From: an uncultured Phycisphaerales bacterium
GTDB taxonomy: Bacteria > Planctomycetota > Phycisphaerae > Tepidisphaerales > Tepidisphaeraceae
DNA length: 64,000 nucleotides
Assembly: GCA_963758525.1 (NCBI GenBank)
Contig: CAVWVQ010000001.1
Span: 32,001-96,000, forward strand
Reading direction: 5' to 3'
Below are positions 20,478 through 28,480 of this stretch, one piece after another. The notes under the pieces are model-generated. The model worked only from the letters and a program-made list of their open reading frames with translations. It searched no databases and was not told the DNA's origin. A program made the translations under genes and the position numbers. How positions within the stretch are numbered: position 1 is the first letter of the stretch; each line of letters starts with the position of its first letter.

Positions 20478-21014
20478 ATGAACGCATCAGAAACATGGCA
20501 GGATCACACGGAGGCGATCGCCGCCAATCGGTGCGCCGAAGCAGGTGCCAGATACCAAGGGTATCGCCAGCTCCTGCGCGAGATTGCATCCGATGGCAAC
20601 CTGTCCGACGGTCGCAAGGATCAGCTTGAAACCCTCGGTCAATCGCTCGCGATACCCGCCGATGAGATTCGCCGGGATCTGGCGACGATGACGGCCGCGG
20701 TGGCGCGGGAGAAACTCGCTGGCGGTTCCGACGCCGCAAGGGTCGCGGCGCAGGCGGCGCGTGAGGCGGTTGACGCTCACGTTACCGAAACCGATCGGCT
20801 GGTGTCCGCGCGGGAAGAGGAAACTTGGCATCTTCGGCATGATCGCAAGGTGACTGAGAACGAGCTTCGCGCCGCGCACGAGACGGCAGAGCGAGGCGTA
20901 TCGACGACAGCCGAAGCGCAGGCGGAGCTTGACCAACTCCGAATCGACCACGCGCAACTTTTGAATCATCCCACGACGGCCCCGGTGTCCCCGGCGGCTC
21001 ATATCGTGGCGTGA
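20478..21014 (+). CDS. Coiled-coil hypothetical protein (paralog A)
   Basis: 178-aa ORF; N-terminal half resembles the next ORF. Confidence 0.6.
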   Translation: MNASETWQDHTEAIAANRCAEAGARYQGYRQLLREIASDGNLSDGRKDQLETLGQSLAIPADEIRRDLATMTAAVAREKLAGGSDAARVAAQAAREAVDAHVTETDRLVSAREEETWHLRHDRKVTENELRAAHETAERGVSTTAEAQAELDQLRIDHAQLLNHPTTAPVSPAAHIVA

Positions 21015-21050
21015 CTATTAGCCGGCAAGTTCCGGCGGAAAGAAGAAGCA

Positions 21051-21728
21051 ATGGATTTTCTGAAACGACTGAAGGCGCGGCGAGCCGAAAAGCACGCCAC
21101 CGTGATTGAGAAATATGCGGCACTGATCCGACGAGCAGCGAATGGAGGCGAGCTCTCTGAAGCGGATACGGCGCGGCTTGATGCTCTTGCTGCGGAACTG
21201 AAGTTCGAACCGGAGCGCATTGAAGCGGACGTTGAGACGATCAAGCGCGTTGTAGCGCTCGAGGAAATCGCCCCGACGCTGGACGCAAAGAAGGTGGAAC
21301 ACAAGGCGTTGACCGTCGAACTTGGCGCGGCTCACGATGAACTGAAGACGATTCTCGCGAGGTTCAATGAGCGCATCACGTCGATCGAAGGACGCAAGGG
21401 ACAGGCGGGCGTTGCAATGACGGAGGCGAGCCAGGCGGTCGATGAACTTGCCGATCTGCGTTCCCGTCACTGGCGTTTGCTCGGCTTCCCCGAACCACCC
21501 AAACGCGAAGTGCCGGAAACGATCATCGATCCGATCAGCGATGGGCATCGGATCTACCAGGATTCCTACGCGGAGGTCTACGGCGGCGAGAGTAAGACGC
21601 CGAAGCCGCTCCCTGAAGTGATGGCGCCGTTGCCGGGTCCGCCAGCACGGGTTCACGTCACAGCATCGGCGGAAGAGACGGGCGTTAAAGGACGGATCCG
21701 CGGGACGATCAGTGTGCAGCCAGCTTAA
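21051..21728 (+). CDS. Coiled-coil hypothetical protein (paralog B)
   Basis: 225-aa ORF, heptad-rich. Confidence 0.65.
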   Translation: MDFLKRLKARRAEKHATVIEKYAALIRRAANGGELSEADTARLDALAAELKFEPERIEADVETIKRVVALEEIAPTLDAKKVEHKALTVELGAAHDELKTILARFNERITSIEGRKGQAGVAMTEASQAVDELADLRSRHWRLLGFPEPPKREVPETIIDPISDGHRIYQDSYAEVYGGESKTPKPLPEVMAPLPGPPARVHVTASAEETGVKGRIRGTISVQPA

Positions 21729-21740
21729 ACCCGCCGGCCA

Positions 21741-21960
21741 GGGTGTGCGGGGCCGCTCACGGCACCCCGCGTTACGAAGACCGTGAGCGGGTGAATCGTT
21801 TCGAGCCCGGCCAGCGGTGGATTTTCGTTCGTTTGTCCACCGCGAGAGACTTAACCCCGAAGGTCCGGCGGGATGCGAAAATCGACGACGGACCAACCCC
21901 GGCAGCGGTGAAAGCTGATGTCGGGATTTGAAAGAACAACTTAACCGCGGCGAATGCCGC
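21741..21960 (+). ncRNA. Candidate structured RNA / leader
   Basis: Five hairpins plus a 10-bp loop-to-downstream complementarity. Confidence 0.4.
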
Positions 21961-23072
21961 AAGGAATTTCAAATGACCAAGTCTTCAACACTTCAGCGGC
22001 GGCGCAGCATCCGGGTCGTCATCTCGGGCGACCTTGGGCAATTGCACCGCGCGACTTCGAGCCAATCCTTCAGAGTGTCTCAACCCTGAATTTCAACAAT
22101 GTGCCGGCACCGTCGGATGATGACGCCGCGCCTTATCGAGTGGTCAACGGACTGGCGATTGTCAGCGTCGGCGGCCCGTTGGTTTCGAGCGCCGATTGGA
22201 TCGATGAATACCTCGGCTTTGTGGGGCTCGACGACATTGAAAACGCCGTGAATCAGGCAGCAGGCGATCCGCGGATCAATGGCATCATGCTCGCGGTTGA
22301 CAGCCCGGGCGGCACGGTTGCAGGAACAAGCTCCGCTGCGGCCGCCATTGCCAGAGCAGCAAGGATCAAGCCTGTACACGGTTACTCGGCAAACTGCGCG
22401 TGCTCGGGCGCTTACTGGCTCGTCTCGCAATGCAACCGCTTCACTTCCGGCGATACTGCCGCCGTCGGCAACGTCGGAGTGTACGCGGTTCTCTGCGACA
22501 GCACCGGCATGCAGCAACAGCTTGGATTGCGGCTTAGTCTCGTCTCGACTGCGCCGTACAAAGGATTGGGCGCTGACGGCGCGGTGAGTGATGCGTTGAT
22601 CGCGGACGTGCAGCGCGAGATCGCCGATATCAATCAAGTCTTTCTTGCGGCGGTTTCCCGCGGGCGGTCGCTCGATTCTACGAAGGTTCTGTCGGTCGCC
22701 GACGGACGCGCCCATATCGGGCAGGCTGCGGTTTCGCTCGGACTGTCCGATGGCATCTGCAGCTTTGAGGACGCGTGCCTCGCGCTGCTGAAGGAAACAG
22801 GCGATGCCGGTTCACCGCTAGGGCCCGCGTCGGCGGCGCCGGTGAAGTTCGCTCCCGACGATGACGCCAGCGAACCCATGCCCGATATCGATCCGCTGTC
22901 TCGTCGATCGACACAATCACCCGAGGCTGCCGCGCTCGCGGAATGGCAGAGCGATCCGAGTCTCCGTGAGACGTGGAAGACGCAAGAGCGGTTCACGAAA
23001 TGGCGCACCAGCACTGCCGGGATTGCGCATGCCCAACGATCGCAGAGCCGCATCGCGGGGACGTTCCGATGA
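21954..23072 (+). CDS. S49 (SppA/lambda gpC-like) serine peptidase, putative prohead protease; start uncertain
   Basis: PWAI, VDSPGG, KPV, ACSGAYWL, VGNVGV, ADGRAHIG. Confidence 0.85.
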   Translation: MPQGISNDQVFNTSAAAQHPGRHLGRPWAIAPRDFEPILQSVSTLNFNNVPAPSDDDAAPYRVVNGLAIVSVGGPLVSSADWIDEYLGFVGLDDIENAVNQAAGDPRINGIMLAVDSPGGTVAGTSSAAAAIARAARIKPVHGYSANCACSGAYWLVSQCNRFTSGDTAAVGNVGVYAVLCDSTGMQQQLGLRLSLVSTAPYKGLGADGAVSDALIADVQREIADINQVFLAAVSRGRSLDSTKVLSVADGRAHIGQAAVSLGLSDGICSFEDACLALLKETGDAGSPLGPASAAPVKFAPDDDASEPMPDIDPLSRRSTQSPEAAALAEWQSDPSLRETWKTQERFTKWRTSTAGIAHAQRSQSRIAGTFR

Positions 23073-23407
23073 ACGCCACCTATCAAACGATGATCGACCT
23101 TGTTCTCTGCTATCGCAGCTCCGCGCAGATTGGCGCGATGGCACGGCTGAACTGCGGACAGATCTGCGCGATGTTCCGGCGCTCGCTGGCGGCTGGCGTC
23201 GGCGATGCACTCTCAGGACGTTTCTACCGCAAACACGCGGCGCTCGGACGGAGCTGCCGTGCCGACATCGCCGATCTGTTCAAGCGTGAAGCTGATCGGT
23301 GGGCGCTTGCGCTGAGTGGATATGCGAAGCGCCGCAACTTGTTCGGCGCGGTCGAAGATGACCTCCGCGTTGAATCTGAACGTCTAGGCGGAACCACCCG
23401 CATTTAA
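23069..23407 (+). CDS. Hypothetical protein
   Basis: ATGA coupling with the S49 stop; MNATYQTMIDLV... Confidence 0.45.
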   Translation: MNATYQTMIDLVLCYRSSAQIGAMARLNCGQICAMFRRSLAAGVGDALSGRFYRKHAALGRSCRADIADLFKREADRWALALSGYAKRRNLFGAVEDDLRVESERLGGTTRI

Positions 23408-23422
23408 TCGAGGTAACCAGCA

Positions 23423-24916
23423 ATGGCCAAAAGTGAACGACAAGTCGATATTGCAATCACGGCCCGCGACGAAGCGTCAAGCGTTTTCAAGAGCGTTGCG
23501 GCGCAGGCGCGTGAGTTCAATATGGAGGCGAAGCGCAGTGGCGAGGGCGCAGTCGAGCGGCTGCTAAAAGGCGGCGGTGCCCTTGGTCTCGCGACATTCG
23601 CGCTTGAGGGCGCGGGACATGCTGCCAAGGCGTTCAGCGAATCGCTTGCGGAAGTTGCCAACGGTGAGCGGTCTGTCCAGGAAGGCTTCGGACACATGCT
23701 GGAGGGGGTCTCCGGCGCGGTGCCCGTGCTGGGGACGTGGGTCACGGCGTTCCGTGAAATCGAAAATGCAGGATTCGACGCCGCAGCTTCCATCGCCGCC
23801 GCCTTCGGCGCAGACAAGGCAACGCAAGAGGCCATTGAAAGTTCCGACACCCTCAAGGCGCATTATGAGGCGCTCTCCAAGGCGATCTACGAAGGCGAAA
23901 AGCTGGCGATGGCGGGCAAGGCAAAAGCCACGATCGCCGGATTGACGGGCATAGAGAGAGAGCGGGCCGAGGCCAACAAGGCATACCAAGAGGAGCTCGA
24001 CCATATCGAGCAGCTGCGCAAAGAAAAAGAGAAGGGGTTGGACGCCGACGGGAAACGCGCCGCCGACAAAGGATTCAATCAGGCGCGTATCGAAGCTGAG
24101 AACGCGCTCAATCAGAAGCTCGCCGAACTATCCCGCGAGGCGGCAGACCAAAAGGAAGAAAACCAACTCAAGCACCTCGAGCGCGTCAAGTCCCAAGAAG
24201 ACTTGGCCGACGAAGTTCGGCTTCGTGAACGCGGCCGCGATCTTGAGGCTGATCTGGTCGCATTGACGGCGGCGCATGAAAAGGAGCTCGCGGAAATTGA
24301 CCGGCTGCATCAGAAACAAAAACTCAGTGACCAACAGGCAAAAGAGGAGCGTGCCGCTGCTGATGAAGCGTTCGAGGCGCGATCCGGCGAGGCACGGGAG
24401 AAGGATGCCGCGGCCAAGCTCGAACGGAACGATTCGATCAATCAGACGCTCAACGCCGCCAAGCTCGCTGCGCTGAAGGAACAGGCCGCGATGGGCGATC
24501 AGGGGGCAGCCGCGGAGGCCAGGAAGTGGGAAATCTCCCTGAAGTACACCGCCGAAAAAGAGAAGCTCATCCGACTCCTGCGCGATGAGAAGGGGTTGAC
24601 TGATGCCCAGCACGCGGCGGCAATTCAGGCGCTGGGGGATCTTGAGAAAGCCAGAAACAAGGAACTGGAAAGCAGCAAAGTTGAACCGCAGGAGAACCGC
24701 AAGGCGGCCCTCGAGGAATCATCACAACTGGCTGGCGTGTCGGCATCACAGGACATCGCAAAAGAACATCTTCAAACCGCGAAGGATTTACTTGACGAGG
24801 CCAAGAAGAATAACGACACGCTGACCCAGGCGGCCGCCGACATCGCAACGATGGTGGGATATCTGGACCCGAGCAACGCCACGTCGGCGAACAGCGTTTT
24901 TGGAGACAGCCAATGA
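23423..24916 (+). CDS. Tape-measure-like helical protein (497 aa)
   Basis: VDIAITARDEASSVFKSV N-terminus typical of tape measures; Ala/Gly-rich hydrophobic segment followed by a long coiled coil; GAGG RBS. Confidence 0.55.
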   Translation: MAKSERQVDIAITARDEASSVFKSVAAQAREFNMEAKRSGEGAVERLLKGGGALGLATFALEGAGHAAKAFSESLAEVANGERSVQEGFGHMLEGVSGAVPVLGTWVTAFREIENAGFDAAASIAAAFGADKATQEAIESSDTLKAHYEALSKAIYEGEKLAMAGKAKATIAGLTGIERERAEANKAYQEELDHIEQLRKEKEKGLDADGKRAADKGFNQARIEAENALNQKLAELSREAADQKEENQLKHLERVKSQEDLADEVRLRERGRDLEADLVALTAAHEKELAEIDRLHQKQKLSDQQAKEERAAADEAFEARSGEAREKDAAAKLERNDSINQTLNAAKLAALKEQAAMGDQGAAAEARKWEISLKYTAEKEKLIRLLRDEKGLTDAQHAAAIQALGDLEKARNKELESSKVEPQENRKAALEESSQLAGVSASQDIAKEHLQTAKDLLDEAKKNNDTLTQAAADIATMVGYLDPSNATSANSVFGDSQ

Positions 24917-25155
24917 CCGATCCACGCGTTATCGACATGATCGAGGCGACCCGGCGGAGCTTCATCGGGCTTGAGGAAAGCTACGCCAAGCACTCTGAAG
25001 TCATGGACCGGCATGTCGAGTACATCGGCGATCCGGATGTTTCGACGCGCGAGGACTGGAAAGCGCTCCTGCCAGAACTAGCGAATCTGCGTCGCCGGTT
25101 GGCGGTGTTTCACTCGGCGCTGGGACGGCTGGAAAAGCATATCAAGAGGGAGTGA
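24913..25155 (+). CDS. Hypothetical protein
   Basis: ATGA-coupled 80-aa ORF. Confidence 0.5.
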   Translation: MTDPRVIDMIEATRRSFIGLEESYAKHSEVMDRHVEYIGDPDVSTREDWKALLPELANLRRRLAVFHSALGRLEKHIKRE

Positions 25156-25189
25156 GGCGCGCCGGTGCGGAACTATAGGAATTTAGTTC

Positions 25190-25231
25190 TTGACTATGAT
25201 TCGGTACGCCTCTATATTTATTCCATAGTCA
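25190..25231 (+). promoter_or_regulatory. Sigma70-like promoter with overlapping inverted operator
   Basis: TTGACT-17-TATATT (25190-25218); tgactatg (25191) and catagtca (25224) inverted repeat. Confidence 0.6.
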
Positions 25232-25248
25232 TCAACCAAGGAGCAGCC

Positions 25249-25440
25249 ATGACAACCGGGACGCGCCCGACCGCAACCCTGAAGAGAATGATTACCGCGG
25301 CAGCCGCCGATCGCGATGCCATGCTCCGCGAGGCCGGCGACTATGCCGGAAAGCAACGCTCGGATCGGTATTGTGAAGCTGATCGGCTCGACGGTGTTCT
25401 CAACGCACTGAAGGCGGAGCTGATCGAAGCGGAGGGGTGA
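25249..25440 (+). CDS. Small hypothetical protein
   Basis: AAGGAG RBS, promoter upstream. Confidence 0.55.
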   Translation: MTTGTRPTATLKRMITAAAADRDAMLREAGDYAGKQRSDRYCEADRLDGVLNALKAELIEAEG

Positions 25441-25527
25441 ATCGGGGGCGCCCGTGTCACAATTGACGAACCTCTGCGAAAAGTGGGCTCTCAGACTCCG
25501 CCTGCATAAACGCCACGGTAAACCTTT

Positions 25528-25719
25528 TCACAGCTTCCCCTTCGCCAGCTTTCCCTTCGGGCGCCCAGGCTTGCGGACACGCACGTCGGCAAGGCTTTTC
25601 TCTTCGATCATATAGACATTGCCGAACTTGGAGGCGCGAAGCCGGCCGGCGGTGATAAGGGCAATCACGCGGCGGCGGGTGACTTTGAGCTTCGCGGCGG
25701 CGGCGGTCGTGGTCAACAT
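25528..25719 (-). CDS. Excisionase-like HTH protein
   Basis: MLTTTAAAAKLKVTRRRVIALITAGRLRASKFGNVYMI...KPGRP. Confidence 0.8.
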   Translation of the reverse strand: MLTTTAAAAKLKVTRRRVIALITAGRLRASKFGNVYMIEEKSLADVRVRKPGRPKGKLAKGKL

Positions 25720-25877
25720 TGCCGCCAGAGTCTACAGACTGACAAGAAAATATCTATGCACCCTTGCGAACAGTTCCCCGCGTTGTATAGTTTCTCGTAG
25801 CTTGCCGAGTGGCGAGCATTCAAAGTGCCCCCGCGACGTGTCACCGTCCGGGGGCCGGTCAAAGCTTTTAAGGAGCA

Positions 25878-26339
25878 ATGACGATGGAAAATGTACTGCA
25901 TACCGCGCCGCGTTTGAATCTTGCGGGTGTTCCCAAACATGCCCGCACGATCATCCGCAAGGCACCGGCGACCTGGCACCGCTGGCTCGCGTTCCTGAAT
26001 GCCGCCGACGATCCCGACTTCGAGCTGGTAGCCGAAGAAGCGGCGCCCATGTTTGAACTGGTGGCAAAGCTGACACGGCTGGGCGTCCCGTTCGATGAAA
26101 GCTTCCTGCAGCGCGTCGCGGAACTGCGGGAGGAAATGAAGTGGACGGATGCCGACAGTGACGGCGATGTGAGTGTGGACGATGGGAAGGAAGAACCACC
26201 CGATGAGCGGTTCGGACCCTGCGACAACGACGATCCGGCTTGCCGGGAGGACCTGCAACCAACTATCCGCCGGGACTTTGACGGCACCACAAGCCAGCAC
26301 AAGCCTTTGCTCAGCGAATGGGCGGGGGTGCCGCGATGA
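25878..26339 (+). CDS. Hypothetical protein
   Basis: AAGGAG RBS; TTGCGA-16-TATAGT upstream (25764-25791). Confidence 0.55.
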   Translation: MTMENVLHTAPRLNLAGVPKHARTIIRKAPATWHRWLAFLNAADDPDFELVAEEAAPMFELVAKLTRLGVPFDESFLQRVAELREEMKWTDADSDGDVSVDDGKEEPPDERFGPCDNDDPACREDLQPTIRRDFDGTTSQHKPLLSEWAGVPR

Positions 26340-26896
26340 AAACCACCAATGATGAGAAATCGTTGCTCCTGCTCAAATCGCTCTACGATCTGACGGACGA
26401 TCAATTCCAGATGTTCCTTCTCGACCATCAAGTTTACGATCTGGACCCCGCCCACCGCCTCATCGTTCCGCTGAGAAACCGCGACGGGTCGAAGACGAAT
26501 TTCTTGACCCTCGCCGCGAGAAGGCTCAGCGCCTTCCGGACAGGGGAATACGTCGGTCGCGAAGGCCCCTTCTGGTGCGATGCTGAGGGCAAGTGGTCCG
26601 ACGTGTGGCTGAGCGACGAGCCGCCCGCCGTCGCGAAAGTTGGCATCCGTCGCAAGGGGTTTCCCGAGCCGGCGTGGGGACAAGTCACGTGGAACGAGTA
26701 TGCCCGCTGGAAGAAGGGGAAAGGCGGCGCCCGTATCTATACGCGGTTTTGGCGATTGATGCCGTCGCACATGCTCGCGGTTGCCGCGGAACGGAAGGCG
26801 TACAGCATCGCCTTCCCCGATCTGATGGTTGGACGGGCGCTCAAGGAAGAATCAGTAATTGCACCCGGCGAGCTTCGATTGGCGGCGGAAGTATAA
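26336..26896 (+). CDS. Bet/RecT-family single-strand annealing protein
   Basis: LDP, RTGEYVG, GPFWC..GKWSDVWL.DEPP..AKV, WNEY, FWRLMPSHMLAVAAERKA..IAFP. Confidence 0.85.
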   Translation: MKTTNDEKSLLLLKSLYDLTDDQFQMFLLDHQVYDLDPAHRLIVPLRNRDGSKTNFLTLAARRLSAFRTGEYVGREGPFWCDAEGKWSDVWLSDEPPAVAKVGIRRKGFPEPAWGQVTWNEYARWKKGKGGARIYTRFWRLMPSHMLAVAAERKAYSIAFPDLMVGRALKEESVIAPGELRLAAEV

Positions 26897-27004
26897 CTTC
26901 TGATCGGTTGTGGCAAGATTTCCACAACCGATTCTTTGATCGAAAACTGACACGGGCCGTCCGCTGGCTAACGCTGGCGGAGGCGATTGAAAGGAACGTG
27001 AACC

Positions 27005-28295
27005 ATGGCTGACGTATTCAAGCGAAAGAGCAGTACGGGCGAGGCGCTGAGCATTTACTACGGCAAGTTGAAGGTCGTGCCCGGGACGTGGAAGCGCGTC
27101 AGCCTGTACACCGACAAGGAATCGAGCCGCCGGCGACTGCGCGAATTGCAGACCGAAGCAGACCAGCGCCGCGCAGGTATTCTCACCCCCGATACCGACC
27201 GGCTGGCGTTGCCGATTACCACGCTGGCGGAGCAGTACGGCGAATCGTTGCGCACCCAGGGGCGCGACGGGGATCACCTGCGCATCGTGAAATGGATGAA
27301 CGAGCAGCTTATCGAGCTTGGCGGCTGGAAGTTCTACCGGGACATCACCCGCGATTCGATGGGGAAGATTCTCGCCACGCTGGAGGGGCGGGGCGCCACC
27401 GCATCGTACCGCAACAAGTATCTGGCGCGGTGAAAGCGCTGGTGAACTGGCTTCTGCCTGATGGCGCAGCGTCTCCGCTGGCCAAGGTGAAAAGGATCCG
27501 GGAGAAGGGCGCAAAAAGACACGCGATCGGCGAGCCGCGACGGCGGATGAGCTGGCAGCGCTGATCGCGCTGGACATGCCCGACGATCGACGCCTCGCGT
27601 ATGCCCTGGCGGCATTCAACGGGCTTCGCAGGAATGAAGCCGCGCGGCTCAAGTGGAAGAGCCTGGCACTCGCCGCGGTCATTCCGTTCCTGGCGGTTCG
27701 CAGGAAGCAGGGACAGACCGACGAGCCGGATTACATTCCGGTGCATCCCTACGTTGCGAAACTCCTGGCCGGGCGGTTGGCCATGCCAGCGGCGACGGTA
27801 TTGCCCAACGTCCCCGACGTGGCCACGCTGGAAAAGGAATGGACCAAGGCGGGCGTGGCGTTCGCTGATGAGAAGGGGCGCAGGCTCGACTATCACGCCC
27901 TTCGTCACACCTTCCAGACCACGTTGGACCGCACGGGCTGCAGCCGGGCAACGAAGAAGAAACTGATGAGGCACGCGAATGAGGACGTGACAGACGGATA
28001 TGCGCATGCCGAGCTTTCGGAAATGCTGGAGGCGATCCTGCGCGTGCCGTCGCCGATGGAATGGCAGACGTTGACCGCAGCGGCAACCGGCACCGATCCG
28101 GCGGATATCACAATCTTGCGGGTTGGTGGACCAAATATGGACCAAGCCGCGACCCTTGAGCGGCAACGAGCGGCAACAACCCAGACCGCCGATGGGTTGA
28201 TTTTGACCCCTTGCCCGGAAACGCAACCCGCGTATGATGCGAGGCTTGGGAATGAGCGGAGTCACCGACGGGAAAAGCGACGGTATTTCAGGTGA
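27005..28295 (+). CDS. Tyrosine integrase, split by two apparent frameshifts (~27430 and ~27530)
   Basis: GLRRNE, DYHALRHTF, LMRHA, TDGYAH catalytic residues; the 3' end runs into attR. Confidence 0.88.
28125..28144 (+). promoter_or_regulatory. Putative integrase arm-type site
   Basis: ggtggaccaaatatggacca; matches 13595-13614. Confidence 0.6.
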
Positions 28296-28348
28296 TCACC
28301 GGATCGTTGACGACACATGCGGCCGAGTACCCAAGCGGACTAAGGGGA
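28207..28348 (+). repeat. attR including putative promoter TTGCCC-16-TATGAT (28211-28238)
   Basis: Direct repeat of 13413-13554. Confidence 0.93.
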
Positions 28349-28394
28349 CGGATTGCAAATCCGTTATTCGTCGGTTCGAATCCGACCTCGGCCT
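28321..28394 (+). tRNA. tRNA-Cys(GCA)
   Basis: Acceptor ggccgag/ctcggcc, anticodon arm acgga-ttgcaaa-tccgt, T-arm gtcgg-ttcgaat-ccgac; CCA not encoded. Confidence 0.96.
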
Positions 28395-28480
28395 TCTTCG
28401 CCGGAATGTTTTGTCATCCTCCATGTCAACTCGTTGCTGAGCGGTCTTTGGAGGGGTGCTGGCGGACTTGAGGGCAGATC

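Larger units (their letters stand above)
13413..28348 (+). mobile_element. Integrated phage-satellite-like element at tRNA-Cys (14,794 bp between repeat copies)
   Basis: Flanking direct repeats, tyrosine integrase at the right end, alpA, helicase, iterons, terS, S49 protease, Bet. Confidence 0.92.

Noticed and set aside
27005..28295. Integrase inactivated, element domesticated
   Set aside because: Given the window-wide indel rate, the two frameshifts cannot be taken as real; the catalytic residues and att repeats are intact.
13413..28348. Complete prophage or conjugative element
   Set aside because: No TerL, portal, capsid, tail tube, lysis, relaxase or T4SS genes are recognisable.
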